Source: Vicugna vicugna
Taxonomy: Eukaryota
Direction: 5' to 3'
NCBI GenBank assembly: GCA_013265495.1
Contig: MU058009.1
Span: forward strand, 1,118,001-1,182,000
Length of the DNA stretch: 64,000 bases
Part shown: one piece after another, positions 49,601 to 63,440 of the stretch
Position numbering within the stretch: the first letter of the stretch is position 1
Layout: each line of letters starts with the position of its first letter
Notes under the pieces: generated by a model
What the model was told of the DNA's origin: nothing
The model's database searches: none
What the model saw: only the letters and a program-made list of their open reading frames with translations
Translations under genes and position numbers: made by a program

Positions 49601-50039
49601 GAACATTTGTTTGCTTGGAGTGAACATCTGTGTGGTCCATTCGCCAGAGGGAACTGAGACAATAGCAGATAACTAGTGGAATTTTGAAGATTTTACATCC
49701 CGGCCTGGACTTCATCAACCCTGGCCAGTGGGAAGTAAATCAAAGCATGATTGCAGGAAAAAAAAATTTCTAGCAGCCTTGTTTCTAGTTTAAACGTTAT
49801 CATTTACTGAACAAGTGACTTTGAGCAAATCAGTTGGTGCTTGCAGTCTAAGTTTTATGGTTCAGTGAGGTCGGTAACATCCTGTTATAATTGTTGCTCA
49901 AATGAGACTGTGAGTGTAAAAAATGTTTAAGAAACTTAAAATGCTCTAAAACACCAAAAACTGTGATTTTTATTTGATCATAGCATACTTTCCCCACTAG
50001 ATGGTAAATGTCCTTAAGGGGAAGGAAGAGTTCTACACC

Positions 50040-50826
50040 CAATTCCAGCACATACTCACGCACTTCTCAGACACTGCGTGAGCACCCAACTGCAGCTCAG
50101 TTCTGACACTGTCAACCGGGAGGGGAGTGTCGGATCCCAGAGGTTACGGGCTCCGTTCTGTGAGACGGCCCCTCTCCCATTTCAGACGCCGGTGACAAAC
50201 CCAGATTGTTACCTGAGCTCCTGACCCACTGGCTATAGACTGGAGGTTCCAATGAACCCCTCCTTGGGTTTGATTAACTTGCTAGAGCAGCTCATGGAAC
50301 TAAAAGAAACATTTTACTTGCTAGATCACCAGTTTATTGCAAAGGCTATCACCCAGAAACAGCCAGATGGAAGAGACGAATAGGCAAAGAACTGGGAAAG
50401 GGTGTGGCGTTTCCATGCCCTCTCCAAATGAGCCACCGTCCCCAAACTCCACATGTTCACCAACCAGGATGCTCTCTGAACCCTGTGCTTTGGGTTTATA
50501 TGAGGGCTGTATTACCTGGGCACGACGGATGCAGTTACTGGACACTGGCAATCCACCTTATGGTCTCTCTCCTCTTCCGGAGATGGGATGGGCGGGGTGT
50601 GACTGGAAGTTCCAATCCTCTGATCAAGTGCATGGCTCCCCCGGCAAACAGCCTCCAACCTTAGGTGCTTTCCAAAAGTCACCTCTTTAGAGCAACTAAA
50701 GACACCTTTGTAGTTCTCATCACTAAGGAAATTCCATGGTTTTTAGGAGTTCTGTGCCAGAAATGGGGACAAAGACCACATACATATTTCTTGTAACTGT
50801 GTGACTTGTAAATCACACGTATCACC
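50040..50826 (-). mobile_element. MER21-family ERV LTR inserted in an L2 3' end
   Basis: Reverse complement starts 'gtgatacgtgtgattta...aagaaatatgtatgtggtctttgtccccatttctggcacagaactcctaaaa', as in recalled MER21B/C. L2 tail pieces lie at about 49990-50020 and 50840-50915. Confidence 0.8.
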
Positions 50827-52371
50827 TGTCATAGGAAGTATATTCATTTGCATACCAGACAGGAGTGGGCTAGCACAGGATTATAACTTAATGAGCATTC
50901 AATAATTATTTATTGATGGATTGCACAATAAATTCTCTGATCTTAACCCCAATTTTCTACTAATTTTGCAAAAAGGGAATATTCTCAATATGGAATTTTT
51001 ACTTAAGGAGGAAAATTCCAAGCCACTATGTAACAAGATGATCAGGTTGATGCCAGAATGCAGCTGTCAGCTTCATCTTCCTTCCAAACTAAAAATGACA
51101 CCCTTTCTTCTTTTCCTGAGCAAAGCCTTATGCAGACTATAAAGCAACTCCAGGGGTGGGGTTTTAATGAGACAGCCACCTCCCTGGGGCTTCACAGGCA
51201 TTGGTTCTGTGCTCAGGCTTCATGCCAGGGGTATGATTGCATCTCCATAACCTCTCCCTCTTCTCTGCTTAACCCCCATCCCACTAGTTCAGACACCCTT
51301 ACTGCTCATCTCATTTAAATACAATAATAATTTTAAAAGACTTGCAAAATTGCAAGTTAATTGTGTCTTATATTTTGTGAATGCAAATGTTTCAGGCACT
51401 TTAATCCCAGTCTCTCTCTGGCATAGTAGATCAGATGCCGCCATCCTTAGCTCTGCCCGTGAGGCATCGGGCTCAGTGACGGGAAAAACCTACTGGAGAG
51501 CCTCATGCCAACAGAAGATGCAACTTAATTAGCTCAGATCTTCACAGTTTTACAGCTTGAGTGGAGAGAGGCGAGTCCCAGGAGTCCCTCCCAGGAAATC
51601 AGGGTATGCACAATGATGCAAGGAGCCTGAGCTTTCCATGGTCACTTTTTGATTACTGCTTAGTATGGGGTGCAAATAGCTTTGAGGAAATAGAACCCCA
51701 GAGAACCTTTATTGCGAGTGAGATGATCAGAACCCCTGCAGTGGTTGCTGGATGATCCGTGTAGGTCACTTCAAGGACACTGCACATTCCTAGTGGAAAT
51801 GTGTCTAGAACCAGGTGAAGGAGAGCCTGTCTACTTCCTGGCTCCCAACATCACGATAGCTAAAGTACATCCACCAATGTCTGAAGAACTTTCTATTTCT
51901 TTAGAAACTGATAACATTTGAGATATGTTTATGACACTTTCCAATCGGTCAGAAAACATCTTTTAGCTGTTTACAAAGTGCTCATTACCCAACTAAGTAT
52001 TGTGTGTATATATATACACACATGTATGTTAGGGGGTCAGTGATACAGAACTTGGGAAAAACAAAAGGAAAAACAATGGGCGAAGGTCAAAAATATGGCT
52101 ATGAAAATGCACACCCCCCCCAATAAATTGTAATTTTAATGAAAATGGGAATTGTGACTATACGCTTTTTTAAACTGCACCCCTACCTCTCTCAATCCAG
52201 GTTGTAGTGCAGCACGTAACATGTATGTCAGCAACTGCTGAAGGAACACACGCGTGAACAGCGAACAGTGAACAGTGTGGGGCAGCCTGCGAGTGTTCAA
52301 GCAAAGAACTGGTAACCCAGGTAGACTGGCGCATCTCGGGGGAGCCGGTGAGATCTGGCGGAGTACCAGTC

Positions 52372-54280
52372 TCTTTATTTTAACAGCTTTATGGAGATAG
52401 AATCCACACATCATACAATTAATCTGTCTAAATTATACACTATGACATTCTTAGTAGATTCACAGTTTATGCACTCATAATATAACTTTAGGACATTTTC
52501 CAGCCTCCCTAAATGAAACCCTGTATCATTAACAGTTGCTCCCCATTCTCCCCATCTCAACCCCAGCTCTGGACAACTGCTTATCCAATTTCTATCTCTA
52601 TAGAGTCTACTATTCTGGACATTTCATCTAAGTGGAACTATATAATACGTGGTCTTTTGTGACTGGCTTACTTTCCTTGTTTTCAAGGTCCATCCACGTT
52701 GCAACACACATCAGTACTTCATTCTATTTTTATAGCCAAACAGTCTTCTACCGTGTGGAAACAGCACATTTTATTTAACCATTCATCAGTTGATGGACAT
52801 TTAGATGATTTCCACTCCTTTTCTGTTATGACTAACGCTGTTATAAAGATGTGTGTACAAGTTTTTGTGTAGATATATGTTTTCATTTCTCTTGGGCATA
52901 TACCTAGGGATAGAATTACTGGGTAATGTGGTAACTTTTATGTATGACATTTTGAAGAATTACAAAACTCTCTTCCAAAGTGACTGTACCATTTTATATT
53001 TCCATCTACAACATAACCTCATTCCAGTTTCTCTACATTCTTGTCAACACTTACGGTCAGTCTTTTTGACTATAGTCATCCTAGTCGATACGAAGTGTTA
53101 TCTCATCAATTTGATGTGCATTTCCTTAAAGCTTAATGATGTTGAATATCTTGTCATGTGTTTATTGGCCATTATTTATTCATTTATTTATTTAGAAATG
53201 TCTACTCAAATCTTTTCCACATTTTTTACTTGGGTCGATTTTCTTTTTATTAGTGAGTCATAAAATTTCTTTATATATTCTGGCTACAAGTCCCTTATCA
53301 GATACATAATTTTCAAATATTTTCTCTCACTTTGTGACTTGTCCACTCACTTTCTTATGATTTTGACATAGAAGTTATTTATTTATTTTGTTCATGTTGC
53401 CGTGCTTTTAGTGTAGCAAGACAACTCTTTTTATGCAAGAAAAGAAGGTTTCTTGATTTCACGCCTAATTCGATGTTAGGCAAAAAAATTTCTTTCACGT
53501 TTTCTTCTAATAGTTTATGATTTAGTGCTTTATTTTGAGTTCACTTTTGTGTATGGCGTGACGTGGTGGGGGGAGTTCAAGTTCATTCTTCTAACATGTG
53601 GATATCCAATTTTTCCAGCACTGTTTGTTAAAAAGGCAATTAGTTTTCCCGTTAAATTATTATGGCACCCCTGTTGAAACTGAATTGCCCATACACGTAA
53701 GGGTTTACTTCTTGAATTTCAGTCCTATTCCAGCATTCTATTCGCCCACTCTTGTGTTGGTACTATAGTGTCATGATTATAGTAGGTTAGCTGTAAGTTT
53801 TAAAAATCACAGAGTGTGAATCCTCCAACTTTCTCCTTATTTTTCGGATTGTTCTGGTCACTCTTGGTCCCTTGCGTTCCCAAATGAACTTTAAGATCAG
53901 GTCATCGATTTTTGCAAAGAGCCCCCTGGGATTTTGGCAGGGTTTGCACTGAATCTGTAAACCAACGTGGGTGACACTGACATCTTGATACTAAGTCTTT
54001 CTATCCATGACCATGGGATATCTTTCCATTTATTTAAACCTTTAATTGCCTTCCACAATGTTTTGTAGCTTTCAGTATATACATTGTACACTTTTTTTTG
54101 TTAATTTTATTTCAATGTAACTGCATTCTACATTTCACTTTTAGAATGTTCATTTCATTGCTACTGTAGACAAATACAGTTGTTTCTTGCGTGTTGATCT
54201 TGTAGTCTGGAACATTCCTGAACTCCTTGATCAGTTCTGATGGCTTTTAAAGTTTATTCCTTAGTATTTTCTGTTTATAG
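52372..54280 (-). mobile_element. L1MB-like element (3'UTR and ORF2), antisense
   Basis: 3' end 'tttaacagctttatggagataga', 'tattctggacatttcat', 'ccattcatcagttgatggacattt'; ORF 53897-54091 gives ORF2-like LNKWKDIPWSWIERL. Confidence 0.9.
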
Positions 54281-54589
54281 CTGTGTTTAGATCTACTACT
54301 TGGGTGTGGCTCATATTGTGCCTGCTCACATTTCACACTAAAGCATTTCACCTAAATGAGCCTAAAGTGCTTTATGCGTTCATTGCATTTTGTCACACAG
54401 AATATTGCAATTATAAGTACTCAAGGGTCAATATTTAACAACAGCAATCATTCTGCTACTTTATCAAGGGCAGTCCTATGTGGAATTTGCTTTTATCCTT
54501 TTCTTTCTTTCTCTTACAAGTGCATGGCAGTGACTGCAGTGACTACTGGTATAATTTATATCCACTGCCATGGTTCATAGTCTTATCTG

Positions 54590-54722
54590 CCACAGCTTTT
54601 GAAAAATTAGCACAAACGCCAGCACAATGATAAATACAATTATCTTAGCATTAATATTTAAATAGTTTTGCCATAGAGGGTGCCTTAAAAGGAGTCTATG
54701 GACCGCACATGGAGAATCAATA
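54590..54722. mobile_element. MER119/Charlie-like terminal fragment
   Basis: 'tatcttagcattaatatttaaatagttttg...ggaccgcacatggagaatca'. Confidence 0.5.
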
Positions 54723-57429
54723 CAGCATTGGGAGATGTCAAAAGAAAGAGGTGAGAGTCTCCGATGTAAGTCCAGGCACGGAAGAACCTATGGGTGCACG
54801 CAACATGTGGCTGTTGGGCTTCAAGGAAAACAATTTTGCTGGAGTGCATATCGCATATTTTAGAAGATCCAGTGGAGAGAGAGCGAGGACAGATAAACTA
54901 TTCAAAGGATACTATTTCATAGAGCAGGAAATGGGGAGCCTTTGAAGTTTGGCAATCATGTTTAGGATCTATATAGTGATTTTATTGTTGTTGTTTTGTT
55001 TTGCTTGATTTGGTTTGGTTTCTGACTCCTGAGTCAAGTATAATTAAATGGCTTCAGAGCCATTTTATTGTCCATTAACCCAGGTGAGATGTCCTTACAT
55101 GTACACAATGTGCCACATCGGAGGAGTTGCCACAGATATTACATATCGCGGAGTGTCATGTTTCCTATTACAAATCGAGAAGCCCTGAAGGACTGCTTTG
55201 GACGTGCAGTTTTATGCGCAGGTCCAAGGGGTAAGGCAAACACGAGAGGCAGATTTACCATGAAGATAATGAGAATTATTTATCAAGACCACTCACTTTA
55301 TTGGGCCCCTACCAAGATCTTGTACTTAATTTTTTTTTAAATTTGCAGATTTTTATTGTATTTCTTTATTAGGTTACCTCAATCTTTTTTTTTTTAATAA
55401 ATTTGAGAGCCTGCAAAGCCCAGATCATCCCTGGTGGGGGCTGTTCTCCAGGGACAGGTCTCCTGTGCAGTGTACTCTTCACACGATGCCTTGTTCCCCA
55501 AGGCATGTAGTGATGAGACGGGCCTCTGCGGAGGGAGCCACCCACACCACGAGAAACAGGCACCCAGGGAGTAAAGCAAGGTGACAGCCTGCTCGCAGGG
55601 CCGGGCCCCCTCTGCCCAGCGCCTGCAAGCCAGAAGACCCTTCCTGAAGCAGAAGAGGCTGGCCATTGCACAAGGTGAGCATGAGTTTTATCCCGAAGAA
55701 GCCAGTTGTGAACCTTCAAATGATAAAGCAAGACTTAATGCCCTAATAATCTGCAGGCACACAGTTTCTTCTTTCTCTACTGTTACGGACTCACATGTGG
55801 GAATCTGTCCCACCGTGTCTTTGCTGGCTTTAGAATTGAACTCAGAGGAGTAACAGAGGCTTCCGGAGTAGCCCATGTGCTACGCGCGCATCCCTCTGGG
55901 CCTCAGACAGTTACGGATTCGCATTATGCTGGTGCTTCAGGTAGTTGGTTTGATTCCAGAAACAAGTGAGCACTTTAAAATATAATTTTTTTAAAAAAGC
56001 GTAACACTGGATAATAAGGAATATACAAACTTGAGTCCCTCCCATAGGGACCAGGCAGACTCAGAGCTGTCGACAAAATGAAAAGAAAACACATTTTAAC
56101 GAGAGAAAAATACACTGCTATTTTTAAAGAAATAAAATCCCTTTCTGTTCCCTGTGGGGCTGTCTGGGTCATATTACCTGATGTCACCCAGCCCTGTGGG
56201 TTTGATCTAGGACTTCCGAGCTTGGAAAGTACTCATTCCTCTCTCCGTGACATATTCGTAACTCATGCCACCGCGATACATGAATCCTCCAGAGAGGCAA
56301 GGGTATGGAGGGTGGAAGAGTGAAGAAAGAAGACATATTTTTCAGGTTATTACACACTGAAAGATACAGAAAGAACTCGATTTGTAGGACCCCACCCAAC
56401 AGCGATGAGAATCCAACCTCTGTTGTTGGCGGAGCTGGTATCTGAGAACCTACATTACAGACATCCATGGTCTCTCATTCCATTTCTTTTTATCCACCTT
56501 AAAAATGACCGTTAACTAGGCTAAAGGAGTCACATTCCAGGCCTCCGGCTATTTATGCAGTATTTCTATTTGTGTACGTATAATCAGGCAGCCTCAGGCT
56601 GTGCAGGGTCATCTAATACGGTTGCTGGTCAGCTTTGCCTCCCAGGAGGGGACCCACTGCCCACAAATGCAGGCAGTGACCACGTGAAGGCGGCATACTT
56701 TCTTGAGTAGCTTCCCCTCCTTATTTAGTGACAACACACAAGATCAACAGTGTATAACCTGCGTCCCTACGGCGTAACAAAAAAGGCAGCATGTCCTTGA
56801 GGTCATCTCCTAAAACTAGCAGACTCTTAGATTTTCTTCTGTTGGCTCCATGATTCCCATTTTCCTTTCCTGGGTCCTTGGCATCTATTTATCCCAGTCA
56901 GAGCACAGAGACATCGGGGCAGGGGTTTCATTTTTAATCCCAGAATGGACTATGTATCTTTGTTTATCAAAGTTGGTAGAGGGTTAGGGCTTAGGCATCG
57001 CCATTCCCGCTCTTTCAAGTGCTCGCATTTTGATAGGAAGACACTCCAGAGAGACTGGTTAGTGTGACCTGGTGAGGAACAGTCACAAGGTGCGCTAGGT
57101 AAGCAAGATACAGCAGCTTCGCCCCTGTGGTCTCTTACTGGATGTAGTGAAGGATGGAAAGAGATCATCTCTTAAGGCTCTTCCCAGCCCAGAAGTAGGA
57201 ATGGCTTTGTTAACCTAGGGGCCTGGGAGACTCACAGAGTCAAACAATATCTTGCTGAGGTTTTCTGAGTCCCTCTAATTTAGATGCACAAGTTATAATC
57301 CCTAACATGTACGTTAACAGGCTAGCTGTGTACACTGGCACCGTGGACTAGTGGAACAAGCACTGGATTTTGAGTCACTGTGTAAATGGATTCAGGTAAA
57401 GAAAATTCCTGTAGAATGCCATGCAAAAT

Positions 57430-57565
57430 GTTTATTATCTGTCTTCTTTCTCATAGGATAAATTTCCCTGAGTTCCATGAACTTATCTATTGTCTATGCT
57501 GCTATTTCCCAGTGACTAGAACAGTACCCGATATACAATAAGTGCTCAGTATCTGCTTGTGAAGT
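57430..57565 (+). mobile_element. L2 3' end
   Basis: 'atttcccagtgactagaacagtacccgatatacaataagtgctcagta'. Confidence 0.65.
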
Positions 57566-60500
57566 GATCTCGTGGTGATTACCTTTGTCACCCCTGAAAT
57601 AACGGTAGCCAACAGAAGTCTCTGGGTAACAGTGTACCTGGTGACAGTTCACTGGGATGCAGAAGTCCCACTGAATCCACTCATGGGATTGATTCGTTGG
57701 ATAAGAGCATTGAATTTAATTATTCCTGTTTCCTGGTGGAACCCAAGTTCAGAGAGAGGAAATGCCTTTTACTGACCCACTGAAAATTGGATTTTGAGAT
57801 TTGGAAGGAATGTCAAGCAATTTGACCTTCCAGTCCTGAGTTTTTGAATCTCAGACAAATCTTCTTGTGCATCAAGTTGTGTGTCTGCTCTTCTAATTTC
57901 TAGGTGAAATTATGCCCACCTGCCATTACCTGAAGACTATTCTATCCTAAAGGATTTGAGGATATTCATCATTGTCACCTATAAGATACCATGATTGAGG
58001 TGGCCCATCTTGTGGTGTGCAGGACTATTAGCATGGGAAATCTTTTTCACCTTTCTTAAGGCACACAGATTTATTTTTTTTATGAAAACCACAGGGTGAT
58101 ACAGATCAGATCCCACTGTCAACATAGGAAGAAATTCAAGTTCAACTAATTTCATTGCCAGATTTACACTCTTCTAGGAGAAATTGATTGGATTTCTCTG
58201 AAAAGGCAATTGGACTGAAGCTTAAGCTAAAATTTGGGAATCAATTAGTTATGATGGCTTTTGTAGTCAGTCATTTTCCCCTGTCTTATTTATGTAAGTA
58301 TACACCTTACACGTACCGTCACCATCCTTCAATTTTCAACTCTTTAAATTGAGAATAGTCAAACCCTCATCAGAACCAACCATGGGAAGATAAAACTGAA
58401 GCCAAGATATGTCATCAAAGAGTGGACCGTGAAGGTAATAACTAATTATTTCTAAGGTTCCTTGTGATATTGATGGATGTTATTCATGATTAAGGCAGAA
58501 GTAAGGGAAGGAAGGGATTCAGAATTTACTGCTTTAAAATACTGGGCAGAACCATGTATGTACCAAAACCTAACCTAATTTGGGCACTTTTTGAGATGAG
58601 AGGTTGGGACTATGTATGTTCCTTAGGTGATGGTCTGCAAGTCCTTCTTTTCATTGTCTTCAAGATGTTGATGACAATGAACTTCTGTAGAATTATTACT
58701 CATAGTTGTACCATAGTGATAATAATGAATGGAATTTTCCCAAGCATCACCGTCTTGCGGGTACAAAGAAGGTCCACCGACAGTACTTTAAATCTCCCGT
58801 CACCATTTGCAGAGGCCCACAGTCACTTGAACCTCTCTCTCCTCCAGCACAAGAAAGTCTTTTCTTGATGTTACTTCAAGGCCTTCTGGGAATTTCACAT
58901 CTCATCACCAATAGCCCTTTGGCAGTTTTTTTCACTCCAGCCTTTTTCAATGTCATACTGACTTAGGTAACACCTCTGTAAGCAGGATAATGCTATTTAA
59001 GATGAAGACTAAGGCTCGCCCATGTTTTTGTGTGGTGAAATCAGATAAATTAGAAAATGATAATGAAGAGCTCAAAACTGTGTCTGTAAATCTCTAGAAA
59101 TTTTTTTTTGATTTAACTTTTTAATTTCTTTTTTTAAGCATGCAGGCCTGTAGAATTTGTTATTACATACCCTAAGATAAGATTATAACACCGCACTGGC
59201 TGTCATGCCTGGAGAGCTAACCCAACACGTCACACGGGGGTGGGGAAGTCTTCCGGCAATCCAAAGAAGGGTGGTCGGGAATAGAAACTGTACCAAGAAC
59301 TCACGTTTTCCATTAAAAGATAAGAGCTTAAATGGAAGCCTGCCCTTCCTAGTTGATCCTCTGTCTGTCTCATCCTTCTCTCGTGCTCACACAGACTCAT
59401 TTGCACACACGAACACCCATGAAGAGACCCACAGGGGAGAACTGTGCTGAGCATGTCTTGAAGGTTTTCCGTTATCCAAGCAAGAAGCCCTTCTCCTTTA
59501 CTCCGTAGGTTGTCCTTGTGATGCGCAGTCCTCTGTCCTGCCCCATTCTTTTTCTTTCTTACGTCCTCCAGTCTCTAGATCTCCAGCTTATTTCTCTCCC
59601 TCTAGGGGTTAAGTAGCCTTCTGAAAGTCCCTAAAGTGGGAAAAAAAAAATCCTCAGGGGCAAACGTGAGTCCAGGCTCACAAACAAGCTGTAAAACCAA
59701 AAGATGCACCAGTGAAAATGGACCTCTCCAACCCCCACGCCCCTGCACCCCGCTGCAGCTTCCTCTTCAGGCTTTAACTGCCAAAAAGATGCTCCTTGGG
59801 TCTCTAAGTAGGGAAATGAAAAATGTTGCCTAGAAGTTAAAGACAGCAGGAATGAACAGTTGTGAGATATTTAGTGGCAAAGTCAGTATTTATGTACCCT
59901 GGGAATATGGGGGAGGGAGGGGGAGGGAGTAGGGAGTCGGGGTGGCAGGGAAGTCTGCTCAGTTAATTTATCTTTCTTCCGATTGTCATATTATTCTGAT
60001 GGAAACTCGTGTCACTGGCACCATTTTCTCTGAATCCACAAACAAGTGAAAAGGAACAAGTGAATGATTGGTATTCCTATCTTGTTCATAGGAATTATTT
60101 TAACATAATCCACTCTGTTTTTACTGTTAACCATTATTTTCGCTAATAGGTTTTAAATTATCTTGCTAAATTATTATTGTTGACTTAAGAGGAGAGATGG
60201 CATCATGCCTCTTTCCGAGACATGTGGTGAGCCTGCAGCAAGTGTGGCTCAAATCTAATCTATATATTTGCAGGGAGGCTGAAGTCAGGCTTCCTCAGGC
60301 CATTAACCTAAACTGGATTTCAGAGAAGAGAATCTCCCTTGTACAATTTAAAAAGCAATCTTTGTGCTATTACAACTTTAATTTTTTAAAGCTTTGGCTT
60401 TTTGCAAGACACTCTTTACCTTCTGCGCTGTCTTCTTTCTCTCTCAGCTTTATTCTTCCTTTACCCAGAGCATCTGTCTTTTCATAACCCTGCCCTCTGG

Positions 60501-62429
60501 CGTGAAGGTGAGCTGGAAACGACTGTAACCCAGATAATAACTGTTGGTGGCAGATTATTCAATTACGACTCGTCTTATTTCTCTCAGGATTACCTAGGAC
60601 TCTTTCTTGGCTGTCGTTTGTCTCTTTGTGCCATCATTGCAAGCGAGAGGGTAAAATGGCAGTGCATTAAAAATTTTTTAATAAAAATAGAAATGAAAGA
60701 CAATCCCTGTAGCTTCATTTCCAAAAGAGGGTTTGAGGGGTGAGCTCTTAATAGCCAAAGAAAGTGCAATAGTCAGGATGGCTTGATAACAGGTGATAGC
60801 GACCCCCAGGTCCCCGGAAAAATAATAGGACAGCTTCTGCATCGATAAGGATTCCCAGGAAGGCAAAAGGAAAGCGAGATTGCCCACTCTGACTCATTAA
60901 AAAATGGTTCACCCTAAATTAGTGAGGTCTTTTCAATATTTGGGATGGGAAACATGAAGGCGAAATGACATGGGGAAAAGGAAGTTACAACAAGTTTGAG
61001 GAAAATAGCTGAAAAATTAGAAATTTGCACTCTTCATCTCATAGTAATCATGTTCCTATTGTGTGGTCTGGGAAAAAGTTAAATTCTTCCTATTTTGCAG
61101 TGATGACACTTTTAGAAAGATCTGGTAAGAGGTTAGGACATTTTAAGGTGTCCTTGTCTCCATACCTGATTTATTTATTAACTCTCATTCTTCTCACTTC
61201 TGTCTTGCTTTTATCTTTTCCCTGAGTTGTCTTCCTCTACAGGCTGGACATCTGTGGTGACAATAAAAGAAATGAAAGGACTAACAGTCCCACTAATGGT
61301 AGAAAACGTTAACTCACAGACTGTGCGGCAAAGTCAGGGTGGGTACAGGTTTCATCAGGCAGGGAAGAGCAGGTTAGGACCAGAGTTCTAAGTAAATATT
61401 CAAAAATGTGAATTCTTGCATACAGGTTAAAAAATCAGTTACACCAGTAGAAGACAGAGGGAAAGAAGTCCCTCATTGTCATGAGGTGAAACTCACATTA
61501 CCATTAATTGATGCTAAATGGAATGAGTCCTCAGTATGACTCGTCTTATGGGAGATCGAATTGTGTCTGGGACCCGAAAGAAGAGAATCTCACTCTGCTC
61601 CGTGCTGGCCAGACCGCGTCTAGAGGGTTTGGTACCCACTGGGAGCATCGTGCTTTAAAGCACACGGACATCCCCAAACAGGGTCTTTGCCTGATAACGA
61701 GGAGGCATAAGTCGGGGGAGATGAGATACAGCCAGGAGCTTGAAAGTCCTCCTAAGCTTCCTTTATCTCCTGGGCTGTGCAGCCACCAAACTGGTGCAAA
61801 GGGGGAGAACCAAGGCCAAGGATGAACCACGCCAAATTTCAAAATGTTATCCTCTTAACTAGTAGAACCCTGCAAGTCAAAAAAATTCTGTTACCATTTT
61901 GATCTTTTTTTTTTTTTTCCCTTCTATGTCCTTGGAAGCTAGGCTTATATCTTGCTACCTCGGTTTTTCCATCCTTGAAGTGAGACTCCATGATCCAAGC
62001 TTCTTTGTTTCTGTATATTCTACTTTGTGAAATATTTTGCAGTTGGCGACATTACTTGCTTCTGCCAAGAATTAATTAGCACTGGCCTCTGCACTGCACT
62101 GTTTACCTCAGAAAACTGTGGACGGCTCTGAGTCATTGCTCCACAGAGGTGGCTGGGAAGGCGCGGAGTAATGAGAAGGTGCTTTGCACACTTTGGGCAC
62201 ACTGGCACTTTTCAATTATTTATGCAGCTTAATCCCACTGAAAAAGCACATTCTCCAAAGGACACCCGCAGGTCCTCCGCAGGCTGGAGCTGGCAGAAAG
62301 TAATATGGGAAGAATGAGAGTGAGGACTGTGCTTAAGGGAGCTCGTCTGACCTTCCCGGAGACCCTTGCTATTAAAACAGGCAGTTTGCTTAGCTAATAA
62401 TAACAACACTCAGGACTTGTCATCTTCAA

Positions 62430-62560
62430 AGAACTTTAATTAATCCTCATAGCACCCTGGTGGGCTGCATAAGGTAAGTGTTATTATCTCCATTTCATAT
62501 GAAGCAAGATGCAGGCACAAATAGAGAAGGAAAATGGTTTGTTCGAGATAGCGAGTGTAA
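62430..62560 (-). mobile_element. MIR SINE (degenerate)
   Basis: 'taatcctcatagcaccctg...tattatctccatttcatatgaag'. Confidence 0.55.
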
Positions 62561-63440
62561 AGTAAAATTTAGCACTAAGGAATACCTTCGATCGCATGGC
62601 TTCCAACTGTAAAGTCCCTTTAGCGATTTATCTGGGGCAGAGCACACGGGACCGATGGTAAGAGCTATAGAGAGGGCAGGTGGAGAGCACAACCAGACCG
62701 AAATGTCTTACCTGAGACACAGGAGTGGAAAATGGATAATCATCAAGAGCAGAGGAAAAATGGATCTGGGATGGAGAGTTTCATTAAAAAAAAAAGAGAG
62801 AGAGAGAGAGATAGTGAGATCCTCCAGTTTTGCTCTGAGCACATAAAATTATTCATCTCTGATGCAATGAGCTCAATAAAACAAATAAAATAAAATGCTA
62901 TTAAATCTTCAAAGTCTTGAGTGCTGTGTAAACAGAGACCGAGGAGAAGATGGACGCACTGAGCTGGGAAGAACGTGATCATTGTGGTATCTTTGACTGG
63001 GTGGGTGAGTGACCAGAGTGGACTGCTCTCTCGCTTTCCTTCTGTGTCACAAATGCCTTCTGTCTCTCCCTGACACTGTTTGCCTCTGTGATTCCAGCCT
63101 ATGGAGTTTATGACATGTATGCCATTTTCCAGACTCTCTTCAGTTTGCTTTTGCTTAGAAGGACAAAAGATTTGTTCAACTGGCTGTTGATGGTGAACAT
63201 CACCCCACAAGGTTCAGCAGTCACAAGATGAGGGCTTGGAGAGTCCTGAAACACATCTCTTCAAAGACCATCTCTTCCAGCTGAGGATGCAGAAGGCCAG
63301 AAAACAAATATGTTCAAGGTCAACTAGATGGTAAATGAATGCATGAGAACTGGAAGCCAGGTGTTTTGCCTTCTGTGATCGCTCTTCTCGGAGGAAGTTC
63401 TTAGGTTTGCACTTGCGATAGCTGCAGTAAGAGTGTGTAC

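Noticed and set aside
52853..53263. 136-aa ORF
   Set aside because: Antisense reading of L1 sequence, a common spurious ORF type.
48241..55799. Exact 14-bp inverted match CACATGTGAGTCCG (48241-48254 and 55786-55799)
   Set aside because: Roughly ten such 14-mer matches are expected by chance in 64 kb, and the match does not extend.
62743..63210. 155-aa ORF on the minus strand
   Set aside because: Non-ATG start, runs through an (AG)n/poly-A tract, no recognisable domain.
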